DNA of 56,055 bases, filler included, from Catajapyx aquilonaris (GCA_000934665.2; 4 parts of 4 records of this genome joined end to end with filler, not necessarily neighbours in it), one strand, 5' to 3'. Counted from the whole stretch's first letter, positions 10,935-23,567 are shown. The notes: generated by a model not told the origin, from the sequence alone. Translations and numbers: made by a program.

Positions 10935-11181
10935 TTGCGTCATTTGTAAGAGGATGTTCAGATACACAACATCTCTGTTGCAGCATATGAGAACACATAG
11001 AGATGAAAGACTTTTCATATGTCAGGTTTGTAACAAAAGATTAAACCATTTGGGATCCTTAAAAAACTACATGAGGACTCACTCAGACGAGAAGCCATAC
11101 TCTTGCCATATTTGCAGGAAAAGGTTCAAGCAGTCAGGAAACTTGAAAAAACATGTTAGAACCCGCAGAGGATGCAAGTGA
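10917..11181 (+). pseudogene. Three out-of-frame C2H2 fingers continuing the array
   Basis: After ACC CAC A the alternate frame reads GKRPYSCVICKRMFRYTTSLLQHMRTH...CQVCNKRLNHLGSLKNYMRTH...CHICRKRFKQSGNLKKHVRTRRGCK*. Confidence 0.8.
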
Positions 11182-11206
11182 TTAGATATCATTGTTTAAA
11201 TTTTAA

Positions 11207-11676
11207 AGGGACACTCCACTCAAACACCAAGTTGGGCTCCAAAAATCGTGCAAAAATATCGTGATTCCGAGGGTATAAGCAGTTTTTCTGAGAGACGAAC
11301 GGTAAGGCCAGGGCGAGCGGTCAAAGTCTCAGAATTTGCGCCGTCTGCTAATGAGCTGCCCCTCCAGTCTAGCCTTCCCCACTAGTCCGCGCCGCCACCA
11401 GGTACTAGGCGAAACTGGTTCACTGCTGAAAGTCGGGTCTGCTCGGGAGGTGGCCGGATGAAGACTGTGGCACGGACCAAAGATGGCTGAGGATCATCCC
11501 AATTTCTGCCCAGACCCGGGAGAGGCGCTGCTCTTTTGCGCCAGATTCTAATTGCCGAACTTTGACCGCTCGCCCTGGCCTTACCGTTCGTCTCTCAGGA
11601 AAACTGCTTATATCCTCGGAATCAGGATTTTTTGCACGACTTTTAGAGCCCAACTTGTATTTTGAGATGAGTGTCC
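11207..11676. mobile_element. Kolobok-like MITE with about 120-bp TIRs
   Basis: TTAA|AGGGACACTC start; arms ...GAGAGACGAACGGTAAGGCCAGGGCGAGCGGTCAAAGT and its reverse complement; right TTAA missing. Confidence 0.7.
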
Positions 11677-13956
11677 AGAATAAGCTGTATTTTTAAATGA
11701 TATTTCGTCTGAATAATCAAATGTAGAAGTACAACTGCTACTGGTACGGTACGGTACTACATTGGTAATGACATTGAGACACTTTTTGATCTCACTGACT
11801 GTACCCAGGGAGTCCAGTTTATCCTTGGTGTTTCTTTGGTCCAAGAATATTATGGACCAAAGTAACCCCATCACTTACAACTTTTTTTGATTCCTATTTC
11901 CCACACAATTCCTGATAAGAATTATTTCATGACTTATAATAAATTATTATATGCCTGGAACGGCAACTAAATGTATGCTACAAATCCTTGCATGCTAAAT
12001 ACAGGTGATACCTACATGTGAGGGCTGCACCGGTCTTAGCAGTACAGACTTCTTGAACACACGTGCCAAAGCGACTTGTGGGTCACGTGCCAAAGTTCAG
12101 GGAGCAAGCCCACTGTTGGCGTAAATTTTTTTTGGTTCAAGGTCACACATTTGTGTTGAATGTAACTGACTGGGAGATTTGAATGTGTGTGTCGGGGTGT
12201 GTATTTGATGATATTGGTAGCACCTTTTTTATGGAAGTGGAATTACAGAGCAATATTGGACTTGACGAAATTATGGTATTTTTTGTGTACCATCATGGTA
12301 CATGGTACGGACCCAGAAATCATGGTATGAATAGTAGAATACCATAATTAGGGTACATCTGGTGGCACCCCTGCTTGCACCCCAGGTTAAGAACCGCTGC
12401 TCTGTTGGTACTATTTATAATTATCTCAAGTCCAGCTATTAATGGAGAATTTTTTATCACATTTAGTTTATTACCCCCACCACTTCATTTCTTGGGAGGT
12501 GAACGTAGAATAAATGTTGGGTTTGGGCTAGTATGTATCCAGTATAGAATAGAGTCATAGACCTTCTGATAAGCAAAAGATGATAAGCAAAGATAAGAAA
12601 ATAGGATGCTAATAGGCCATTTGGTTCCCAAAGTAAGAAATAGGCAATTTTGTTTTATAAAACTACGATTCTTGAGGTTCTTGTGTTATGAAACTGATAG
12701 ATATTTTGGTTCCGGGGTTCTTCCTACAAAAGAAAAAGTAGGTAAAAAACCTAGAATTCCGTTCTTTGTTTATTAGCATGAATGTACTGTTCATTGTATT
12801 AAATAAATCTTAATTTAAGCTGCTATGTGGGTCTTTTTAAAAGTACAGGTGTATGTGGAGAAAGGTTAATGTACCTCTTGGCTTCTCAGTCAGCCAGTCA
12901 GATAGTCTTGAGTCTGGACAGCATGACTAATTTGACCTACGGCGTATGGTGAGGTAGGTATCCCAGCCCAGGGGTCCAGACAGCCCACTACCTCCATTTC
13001 GTGTTCTCTCCTTTATACCGAGAATGGGAATAATGGTCTGGGTTAGGCGGCCAGTCCCTCCCACATGTTTGCAGAACCTAGTCAACTCTCTTGGGAGTAC
13101 AACCAGCCTCTCCTACTCTTTGGCCGGAATGAAGATGCAACAGAAAGGCCAGGTGCGTGGGTAGGAAGGGGACCGGGGGGAATGGGGGGATGGGATTTTA
13201 GGGAAATCTCAATTTATAAATCGGAAGAGTTTGCTGGTATGTAGACTCCATGTTTGACCAGGCTACCTAACCTACTTTCAGACTATTGTACATCATTGAA
13301 ATGGATATATTATTTACTTATTACCCTGATTATTTTCAGATTTCTTGCCACATCTTTTTTTTCTACAATATGATGGAAATGGAGTTTTAATAAGTCAGCC
13401 TCGAAAGTTTTCGTGCAAGTTAATTACACATCAATTATGATCATAATTTAGGCATGGGCAATATGATGGAAAAGGTGTAATACACAAATTTTAAAGACCA
13501 AAAATTACATGGAAACCTCCTCTTAAAATTACAAATCGAAAGTTTCCTGGGTGGATTTTCGACCATAAAAATCATGGGAAAAAAGTGAAATAATTGAAGC
13601 ATAAAATTAATTTTCAAATGGGAAATTGGCAAAGAGAATTCAATGTCTGTAAAAAAGGGCGGGATTTATTACCCCCATCAAAAATGTACAATTGTCAAAA
13701 TGATTGCCCCATGTTTTCTAGATCTTCTGTGTAAGACAGAGAAATAGAGAATGAAAAAAATACACTTGATAGGCTCCTCAATTGCCTAACAGATCCAGTA
13801 AAATTGAAAAGTCCAGAAATTGTTTCACATCCATTACGATGTTGAATTGCAATAAGTGGTGGTGAGATTTTCTAAAATTGGAAATTATTGTACATGTACA
13901 GTGCTGGACACAATAGCATATAACAAGTGTAAACAACGGCTTTGGCGTTACCTGGC

Positions 13957-14056
13957 NNNNNNNNNNNNNNNNNNNNNNNNNNNNNNNNNNNNNNNNNNNN
14001 TTAATTAATTAANNNNNNNNNNNNNNNNNNNNNNNNNNNNNNNNNNNNNNNNNNNN
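13957..14056. other. Artificial contig spacer (44 N + TTAATTAATTAA + 44 N)
   Basis: Same 100-bp spacer occurs three times; linker gives stops in all six frames. Confidence 0.95.
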
Positions 14057-14693
14057 GCATGGATGACCCGCTTCTCCTCCTGCCGGGGAGAGGGACTGGG
14101 GGAGCCGGGGGAGCCTTCCGAGCTCCTTTGCTGTACTGCTCAGTTCAGCCATCATGGATGGGGGGGATAAACTCCACCCTCTACCGTCGTTGATTGGTTC
14201 GAAAAAAGAGAAAGGCAAAGGGATGGGCGTCTCATCTGTGCGCGCGCATACGGGGAAGGCTCTGATTGGTCAGCAGGGGCACAGCAGAGGTTAGGAATTC
14301 CTTGCTCCTTGCAGAAAAGACTCCTAGGGAGAAATGCGGTCGGAGGCGCCCGATTCTATGCGACATTATTTCTGGTGGCCACGGTTTCCGTTGCCAAAGC
14401 ACCCAGTTCGCCGGAACTGCCGTCACTTCCAGACGGTATAAACACACCTTAAATGGGATTCCGCCACGATGAGACACACACGACGGTTTTTCCGTCGTTC
14501 CGTCGAGCACTAGCGGAAGGCACAGCGGAAAAAATCGGCTCACTTTTTCGTCGGGGACAATAATCCCACTTCAACTCATTGATTCCGCCGGGGGAATGCC
14601 ACACTACCGACGGAGAAAGCGGGTTTGCTGGCATGGAAACCTGGGGGATTGGTAGCTGAAAGTGCCGCTAGGCGGCAGCACGGTCCAGTGAAA

Positions 14694-15777
14694 TTCCGCG
14701 TGACAAAACTCTGCAAAATCAATCCGCGACGGATTTTCCGTCGCGCAGATTATGGTACTATCGACAAGGGTACAATGCATTTCACCACATCACCATATAG
14801 TCCGACATTGAGCAATCGAGCAATTGAATACAATGATATTGTTCTCTTACTTCATAAGAGTTACTTATGCAAAATAAATACTTGTATTATGATATTTGCG
14901 CCAATCAATGGCACTCGACCCACCACCTGAACGTACGAACCACCGGAGATGCATCCAACAGGAGTTTACAGAAATGAAGATCAATAATTGGCCACCAATT
15001 GGACGTTATATCATGCTTATAGTCGTCACAAATGGAAAAATTATCAGTAGTGGAAGGCTACTCGGCCCAATATCCCTCTCCGACAATTGCCAGCGGCAAA
15101 AAAGGCAGGCCAAGTTGATCAATATAAAAGGAGGGACCCTCATCATTGATCATTATATCATAGTGTTGACAATGTTAACATTACTATAGTTTTAGAACTG
15201 GGGCTGATATGCGACTTGGATGAGGCGGATATTCCGCGTGACAAAACGTTGCAAAATGAATCCGCGACGGACATTCCGTCGCGCAGATTATTATCGACAA
15301 GGGTCGGACTCATCTCATCACGTACCGTAACCACATAGTCCGCCATTCAGCTATTGAGCAATTTAATGTAATCATAGAGTTCTCTTACGTCACAAGAGTC
15401 ACACGAGTGCAAAATCATTACTTGCATTTATGATGATAACTTGCGCCAATGGGTCAATGGCACTCGACCCACCACCTGAACGTACGAACCACCAGAGATG
15501 CATCCAACAGGAGTTTACAGAAATGAAGATCAATAATTGGCCACCAATTGGACGTTATATCATGCTTATAGTCGTCACAAATGGAAAAATTATCAGTAGT
15601 GGAAGGCTACTCGGCCCAATATCCCTCTCCGACCATTGCCAGCGGCAAAAAAGGCTGACCAAGTTGATCACTGAATATAATAGGACGGACGCTCATCATT
15701 GATCATTATATCATAGTGTTGACAATGTTAACATTACTATAGTTTTAATACTGGGGCTGATATGCGGCTTGGATGAG
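14694..15777. repeat. Tandem duplication of a ~540-bp unit
   Basis: Units start TTCCGCGTGACAAAAC (~14694, ~15232) and end GATATGCG(A/G)CTTGGATGAG (~15224, ~15777); each has a CGCGACGG-loop-CCGTCGCG hairpin. Confidence 0.85.
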
Positions 15778-16466
15778 ACATATCAACCATACTCCTCTTG
15801 GCCATTTCGTTTTGCAGAAAATGTCATGTGTTCTAGTTTGCATAGATTGGTGCACTTGCAGGCATCTCTGTCCCTATGATCCCAGCGATCTTCACTAGTT
15901 GTTCCAATTCAGTCCCGTCCACTCCTCACTGACTGCCCACAAGATAGTGTTCTGCATAAAAATTGCATTGCTTTTATGCTGCAATGTCAATTTCTATAGT
16001 CTGTCATTACTGAGAACTCACTTATCACTGCAGCAGTCATCCTCCAGCTGAGGACTGGCAGTATGTCCTGCTATCATTTCCAACTATTTGACCAGTCTAT
16101 AGGCACCTGTTTCTCGCAGGAAATAAGACAGTGTAATCCCAGATTTCTCTGCGGATGGAATATTGTTCAATCCAAATTATATCCTCTTCCTCCTCATCTG
16201 AAAGATACCAAGCAAAACATTTTACTAGAACACCCTCATACGTATACGCATTCATTTAACTTTGATACAGGGAATCCTTGCAGATTCCCAAATGTATTGC
16301 TTTCTCCTCATCATTGTTAAATGTGTAGGGCACTGAACCAATTATTATTCTATTCAGACTTGGAAAATTAAATCTGCATCTAGCTTTCCTCTGTATGCCT
16401 ACATCGTTTTTGCTTCATCTATTCGTCAGAATAAGCTCTAATAACATTAATCTTGAACTTAACTTA

Positions 16467-17126
16467 CGGGGGCTGTAAAGAAAATAGTGGCAACTAATTG
16501 GGACTGGAAATACATGTCAGCTTCAAACTTTCAGAGTCCTTCAATGTAATCACCAGCATTGTGTAACACCCGTCCTTAGCAATGTGTAACTTGAAGGATG
16601 CCAGTGGCAGCCTTGGTTTGGTAGTTGGTTGATGTTTCGTATAGAGCGATCTAAAGTGCGAAGGTCTGGGATATTCATACGCAGAACTTCCTTGAGAATC
16701 TTCAGGATAGTCATACTGGACAAGCCTGTCTACCTCCGATATTTCTCCATCAATGCAGAAACAGCAGCCACTTGTTCCTCACTTGCATTTGGATGGGGCT
16801 CATGTGTCACGTTTTGCCCACTTCGTAACTGTTTTATATGGCAATGAATATTCCCCACAGGCCTGTAAAAGGCCTGAGTCATGTCAAATTTTCAATTTTT
16901 AATCAGCATCTTTGCTCAAATTGGGAAAACATCACCTGTAGACCAGTTGATCGCAACAGCTCACGTTATACTTTTTACGGCGCATGCTCATATTGAGGTA
17001 GAACGATTCCATTATGCCCTGAGGCTAAATCAAGACCCAACCTATCTGTGGCATAAGCGGTGTAAAAGGCCTACATTTCACTGATTTTCTAGAGATGTGT
17101 TGCCACTATTTTATTTACAGCCATCG
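16467..17126 (-). mobile_element. Internally deleted mariner element
   Basis: 28-bp TIR CGGGGGCTGTAAAGAAAATAGTGGCAAC / reverse complement at 17099-17126, left TA; minus-strand relics EQRC*LKIE, GLLQACGEYSLPYKTVTKWAK (HTH) and C-terminal RVLHNAGDYIEGL*. Confidence 0.85.
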
Positions 17127-17142
17127 TGTGTGTGTCTATATA

Positions 17143-17391
17143 CCGTGTGTTAATCCTAAGCGTGTCACCACAAAAGGTGGTGGTAGTGGGCGCAGGTGTG
17201 ATCATTTTTGCATAAGGAACTAGGGGTCGGAAACGCACCCTCACCGAGTTACGCCCCTTTCAAGTTTGCGGAAGGCAGTGTGCAAGAGGCGTGCGGCACG
17301 CGGCGGACTAGTAGTTCCTTATGCAAAAATGATCACACCTGCGCCCTCTACCACCACCTTTTCTGGTGACACGATTAGGATTAACACCCTG
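17143..17391. mobile_element. Tc1/mariner-type MITE
   Basis: TA flanks; about 80-bp TIR ending AACACCCTG|TA. Confidence 0.85.
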
Positions 17392-18306
17392 TATGCGGCA
17401 TTCCACGTCCACTACTACCACTTTTCCGACAAACCTTGTCGGATTTCGACCAAAATTTGTAGATGTGTAATAGTGGTCTGTATATGTAAGCACCGAAGTT
17501 TTTGTATCAATGTGTCACGTGGTTTCGAAACTACAGGGTGACTAATGTACCCCTTTTCACTCATTTTACCGCATGTTACGCTGTCAGACTTTGAATGAAA
17601 GCCCGTAACTTCTGAACCCATAAAGTGAATGAAAAATGTGATACATGATTTAGAAAGCTCTTTTAACGCTCTTTCATAATATCGCATCGAAAATCGCCGA
17701 AAATGAACTTTTCATTTCCAAAATGGCGGCCAAATTTTGGTTTTAATATAACTCAAAGTTGGCAATTTTTGAGATTTTTTGCATGGCACTCAGAATGGAG
17801 GTTGAAATGTCTCCTTCACATTTCCGAAAAGTCTACGAGGTGCTTTCCAGAATCTCACCCTCTAGAGGGAGAAAACGCATCCGGAGAGCACTCTGGACTC
17901 GTACGTTGTCACTTGGGAGGACCATAACTCCAAGGAGATCGGGTTAAATCTTAAACTTGATGTGTGTATTGGAAAGGTATTTTCCCGCTCTATAGGTTGG
18001 TTATTCTCATTTGTAAAAAAATCTGAAATTTTGAATCCAAAATGGCAGCCAAGAAGTTTAATTTTTACATTTCTCATTAATCTACTCCTACGAATCGTTT
18101 TGAATGGCGCTTGAAATTGCAACGGAAATGTATTGTTGAGATTCCCGCAAAATCTGGAACACTGAAATGAGATAACACTTTGTGCATTTTCAGGGGCTTC
18201 TGAGAAAGGAGTCGGTTTCAGAATTTTTATTGCTGTGTAAAGATATTATAAAACACTTTTCACGTAGATACCTCCGAGTTATGGCCCTCCAAATGAGGTG
18301 ACTATA

Positions 18307-19394
18307 CAATAAAACTTCTATAAGTCTAACTTCCCTAAGTCGAAGTTCTCTATAAGTCGAAGAAAATTATGAGCTTGGTTGGTCACAATGTAAAATAATA
18401 GGAAATAACTTCCCTAACTCGAATTTCAATAACTCGAAGTTCGACATAATTCAAAGTGCTGGCAGGGCCTTACGATGGGATATCAATGCATTTTCAGTCT
18501 CCCTAAGTCGAAGTTCATGTAGGCGAGGACGGAAAATTTTCTCATTTCCCAGCCGAAGGGTCGAGAGTAGGCCACATGTACAGAAAGGCTCAATTTCCTC
18601 ATCTCCGTCTACCAGACGTACCGAAAGAAGTGTTTGACTCGATTGGGACAATTGAATCCTTGAGTCTAAGAGTAGGCAAATGTCCATAACGGAGTTTTTT
18701 TTACACCAAACCAACTAGGAACATTGTGTGATAGTGACCTAGTTATTTTTAAGTTTTGAACACCTTTCGTCGCTGGATATGAAGGTAGGCTTCCTTATAG
18801 AGTTCTGTGCTTTAAAAAATCCAAACTTATCTACCGTATTTACTCGCATATAAGACGCACCCCGGTTTTGAGGCGAAAAATCGTGGAAAATCGGTTGTTG
18901 ACTCATATAAGACGCACCCAGATTTATTGCCGTAGTTTGGGAACTGGCCTCGAGCTTCCGGCAGCAACCTCGTGTGCAATGCATGTGCGTGTGGAAATGG
19001 GACAATGCTACGCATCTGAAACATATAGGTGGCAAGGTCACACCGGAATTGTGCACGTGTGTGGACGGGGAGAGCATAACAATGGAAGTGAAGGAGAAAC
19101 GCAGGTCGTACCGTGCGGATTTCAAGAGGAAAGTGATCAACTGTGCTGACAGGGCATCAAACCGACAAGCTTAAATTTTTCAATAAACGATTTTCACGGT
19201 TTCTCACGGGTTTCACCCGTTATGCCCTGCCTTATAAGACGCACACGCGTATAAGATGCACCCTACTTTTTGAGCTCCAAAAATCGGAAAAAAAGTGCGT
19301 CTTATATGCGAGTAAATACGGTAACTCGAATCTTCCATAACTCGAAGTTTTTTTTCCCGGTCTCATGGAGATTCGATTTATAGACGTTTTACTG
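18307..19394. mobile_element. Tigger/pogo-type MITE (interrupted)
   Basis: TA|CAATAAAAC ... GTTTTACTG|TA; AAGTCGAA/AACTCGAA subterminal motifs; second copy at 1-219. Confidence 0.75.
18834..19321 (+). mobile_element. Deleted pogo (POGK/Brinker-HTH type) element
   Basis: Perfect 27-bp TIR CCGTATTTACTCGCATATAAGACGCAC with TA TSD; relic MEVKEKRRSYRADFKRKVINCADRASNRQA resembles the BrkDBD N-terminus of pogo transposases. Confidence 0.85.
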
Positions 19395-21307
19395 TATTTA
19401 CGGGACGCGTTTGGAACCAAAAGTCATTATTGTCGGCAAATATCGAAAAAGGGTTCTCCAGATTTTTCGGAAATGTAAAGGATACATTGCCCTTGTCATT
19501 TTAAATGGTATTTAAAAGAAATCGTAGGGGTCCATTAATAAGCAATGTCAAAATCAAAGTTTTGGGAGCCATCTGTGACAGTTGACAGAAGGTCAAACAT
19601 CTTTGATTTGAAATTTTTGGATCTTAAAAATGAACATGCTGGCCATCTCATACAGCGTAAAATTACCCTTCCAATGCACATATCAGATGATAGATTTGAC
19701 CTGAGCTTCTAGGAGATATGGCCGTCAAAGTGGCCTCGACGGAGCAAAAACGCTCGAAAATTTGCACATTTGACACCCTGTAGTTATGCAACCACGCAAC
19801 GCAGAGGTACTCGTATAATAATTGGGATTCCTGCATAGGTCAATGAGCAGTAGCCCAAGGATTTGTCGGAAGGGTGGCCCGCTTGACGTGGAATGCCTCA
19901 ACTGAAAAGTTTTTAAAATATAATCCTTACACGGCAATAAATATTCTCAAAATATCTTCCAGCCAACTCCTTTCTCAGAAGAGGCTAAAATGAATAAAAT
20001 GTTTTACAGGTGGCATATATCAGACTTTTGTGATCCACATTTTGAGGAAATCTCAAGAAACCATTTCCGGTGCAATTTCAAGTGCCATTCAAAACAAATC
20101 TATATCTGTAAATTAAGGAGAAATGTGAAAATCATAATTTTGGACGCCATTTTGGATCCAAATGTTTGGATTTTATGATTTTATTGAGGTGAGAATAGCC
20201 ATCTTACAGAGTGTGAAAATATATATCTTTCCAATGCACACATCAAGTTTAAGATATAACCCGATCTTCTGGGTCTGCTGGTCCTCAAAATGACAGAAAA
20301 TGGGTCCAGATGGCTCACCAGCTGTGTTTTCGCCCTCTAGCGGATGAAATTCCAGAAATGGTTCTCTGGAGTTTTCGGAAATATGAAGCACACATTCCAC
20401 GCTTCATTTTGAGTGCCATTCAAAAAAATCTCAAAAATGTAGAACTTTGCGTTACTTTTTTTTAAAAATATCAAAATTTGGCCGCCATTTTGAATTCGAA
20501 ATATTTACTTCCGGCTATTTTCGGTGCGATATAATGAAAGGCCATTAAAAGCGCTTCCTAAAGCACTTATCACATTTGGATTCACGTCAGGGGTTCAGAA
20601 GTGACGACCTTCCATTCAAAGCCCGGACCCGTGCCGGACAGCGAAAAATGTGTGGAAAATGGCAACTTGGACCCCCTGCGTGTAAGCAAATATGCAAGGT
20701 CAAATCTGTGTTTTTTGAAAACTAGTTACTAATTTTCTCTTGTACTTGTATGACCACAACATTATAGTGTATGGCATATTGGAAATCAATATGTTCATGT
20801 TTAAAATCTGACCCTTAATCAATAAAAAAAAAACACATTTACTGGAACTGGCCACTTGGAGACAACTGCCTCAACAATATGTTCCGACCACATCTTCCCC
20901 CACCATGCCACGGTGCCAACACTGCCACCACATCTAATGAAATGGCATAAATAAAAGTCTACATTACCTCATCATGATTTCTATGCCATCATGTCTGTAA
21001 ATTGCAAAATGTCACTCTGCTGCTGTTGTCAAATGGGAAAGTTCAATGGCCAAGTTGAATGGTAGATTCTGGTCATCACAATGTGCAGTACATCCCATGA
21101 TGACCATGACTGGGAGAGCCATCGTCTCTTCTTTGCTCTATCTGAAGTAGGTCAAATTATTTCATTAAATAAATAATGAACATTCTGAAAAATGAGGCAA
21201 TGTCTGCAAAGCAACATTATTGTTTTTATTGACCTTCAAGTCGGTCTCGAAACAAGGTCGAAATCAGCTGGAAATCCCCCATTCTGACCAAGCACTAAGA
21301 ATGCATG

Positions 21308-21845
21308 TCTATTATTATAAAAGGCAAAGATTGTGTGTTGGTTTATTTGTCTAGGTTTGGGTACTTGTTTCAACATGTTGCATGTGGCAAATGGTTACCA
21401 GGGTTACCATGGCTACGAAGTTTCCATGGCAACCAGTTACTATATTAAGGTATCAACAATGATGAATATATTGTTGTTGATTATATTGCCATAGAAACAG
21501 GCAGTGTTTTGTTGTTGGCAAGGTAACGTCAACACAATACCATGACAAAAATGACATTCAACAATGTCAATGGTGCCATGCTATAAAAAATGATTGATTA
21601 TTATTATTGTTGTTTAAATTACCATAGAAACAACCGATCCCGAAATGTTACTATGGGAACAGTGAATCACAGCCTATTTCTATGGCAATACAATCAACAA
21701 CGATCATTCATTGTTGATACCATAGTAATCGGTTGCCATGGTAACCCCGCTGCCATCCGAAGCATATTGAAACACGACTCGGAGCCATTCGACAAGCAAA
21801 CAAACATTGGCTTGTTGCTGTACTCATGCAGGAGGGTCTAGCCAG
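21308..21845 (+). mobile_element. Non-autonomous Helitron-like element
   Basis: 5' TCTATTATTATAAAAGGCAAAG, internal CCATGG(C/T)AAC repeats, 3' GGGTCTAGCCAG|T end; no TIR/TSD. Confidence 0.5.
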
Positions 21846-21875
21846 TGAAACAACAACAACAACAATAATAAAGCT

Positions 21876-21962
21876 CAATTGGAGGCATTTATGCACAAAG
21901 GAACCAGGTGTCATGTGAGTCACATTACACCTGGTTCCTTTGTGCATAAAGGCCTCCAATTG
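21876..21962. repeat. 87-bp palindromic element
   Basis: CAATTGGAGGCATTTATGCACAAAGGAACCAGGTGT pairs with its near-perfect reverse complement. Confidence 0.85.
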
Positions 21963-22412
21963 CAATTCAGCGCCTGACGAAATGCCAGTTGTTGAAGTTC
22001 AAGGAAGTTTATAAAGCTGTAAAAAATTTGCATCCCGGCCCTTCTCAGGCTCAATTTATAACGGAAGGTCCCTGAGTAGCCTACTTCAGAGTACTGAGAA
22101 TTTCAGTTATTCTTGACAATAAGCGAGACGGGCAACGGCATAATTACCTGAATTAATACTTGGAACGCCGTAACTTCGCTCAACTTTCATCCAACACCGA
22201 CTCGAGTTGGCAGGTTTTGGTTGGTGGTTGGCAATGGAACACATCGGCGTCGCTTTGACTTCTGCCCCATCCGGAGACATGCTCCCGGGCGGCCCCCCTC
22301 AGCATCGTTGATCTGTCGGACACAGCAGACACACCCACACTCATCTTAGATAGGTCGAATAACTCGGTTGATGCCTGAACTCTCAGTGTCGATGATGGAA
22401 CGTACTGACTCG

Positions 22413-23567
22413 CAGTGATGGGGAACATACTTTCAAAAAGTATCTAGATCAGATAATAGATACTCGGAAATATTTCCATCTAGATACTGTACTAGATACT
22501 CGTTCAACATTGTATCTAGATAATAGATAAGATACAATTTCAGATACCTTCCATACAACTCCATATACGATATACTGACTCGCAGGCACGTGCGAATATA
22601 TTTCTTTTGACTTATTTGTCATCCTCAATAACAGAGGTTCCCAAACTTTTTGAATCACGGAGCACTTTTCAGGAGAGATATTTGTGACGGAGCACTAACA
22701 TCATCGAACTGAGTAAGCAGAAAAAAATTCTGGGGCGGAGGGGGGTGGGGGCAGCGCCAAATAAGTAAATGGGAAGGTGAGTGGCGAAAGGGCGCCGCAG
22801 GCGAAATATTTTTGGGTTCAAGGTCACACAAGCTACTGAGAGATTTGAATGGATATAGCTTATTGAAGAATTCCCTTTTTTTCCCAACCTCTTCGCGGAG
22901 CACTTGGAGAAGCTTCACGGACACCAAGTGCTCCGCGGAGCACAGTTTGGGAAACTCTGCTCAACAACATATTATACTCGGGTTCACTGTGGATTGAAAC
23001 ATATAATTATGTAAAGTTAAATAGTTTATTCGTTTGGCACTGTAGTATAATAAGCTACTCTGCAATCTATGAGTGCTATCAATTTTACAATGTTTTATTA
23101 TCCAGTCTGGTAATGAAAAATTAAACCTTTGTACAGTAATATTGTCTGTGAGCACTGAGCAGTGCTCACAGACAAAGCCAGAAGCTAACTATAGCTAAGG
23201 GATGATTCCACCAGCACCATTAAGCAATATCATGCATACAACACTTCATTATGAGAAGGGCCTCAAAATGCTCATCACTCAATCTGTTCCGCCTTGGAGT
23301 GTAAATTTGACCCCCAGTGCGGAACGGTGCATTACTGCATTTATTTCTGTGTAGGGGAATCATGTTTTCATCAGAAAAATCGCCTAAAAAGTATCTGGAA
23401 AAGTATCTGGAAAAGTATCTGGTGATGCCATCAGATGCTACGTGTAAAGTAGCTAGATACAAGTATAGATACACAAACTTCAAATTATCTAGATAAGATA
23501 AAAGATACCCATTTTGGTATCTAGATACGGTATCTAGATACTTGTATCTAGATACTCCCCATCACTG
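22413..23567 (-). mobile_element. Deleted hAT element
   Basis: TIR CAGTGATGGGGA / TCCCCATCACTG; perfect 8-bp TSD CTGACTCG; TATCTAGATA subterminal palindromes; minus-strand hAT dimerisation relic FRTGGQIYTPRRNRLSDEHFEALLIMK (~23240-23325). Confidence 0.9.
22632..22959. mobile_element. hAT (Charlie-like) MITE nested in the hAT element
   Basis: CAGAGGTTCCCAAACT / AGTTTGGGAAACTCTG; TSD CTCAATAA / CTCAACAA; CGGAGCAC subterminal motifs. Confidence 0.85.

Larger units (their letters stand above)
17534..20678. mobile_element. Large foldback-type Tc1/mariner-like element with ~700-bp diverged inverted arms
   Basis: TA|CAGGGTG start, CCCCCTG end; 17580-18230 aligns in reverse with 19960-20620 (e.g. 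GATCGGGTTA.ATCTTAAACTTGATGTGTG.ATTGGAAAG, CAAAATGGCGGCCAAATTTTG). Confidence 0.7.

Noticed and set aside
14001..14012. TTAATTAATTAA palindrome inside N runs
   Set aside because: Synthetic linker repeated at all three spacers.
14896..15702. Two near-identical 90-97 aa ORFs
   Set aside because: Consequence of the tandem duplication; no recognisable domain or splice context.
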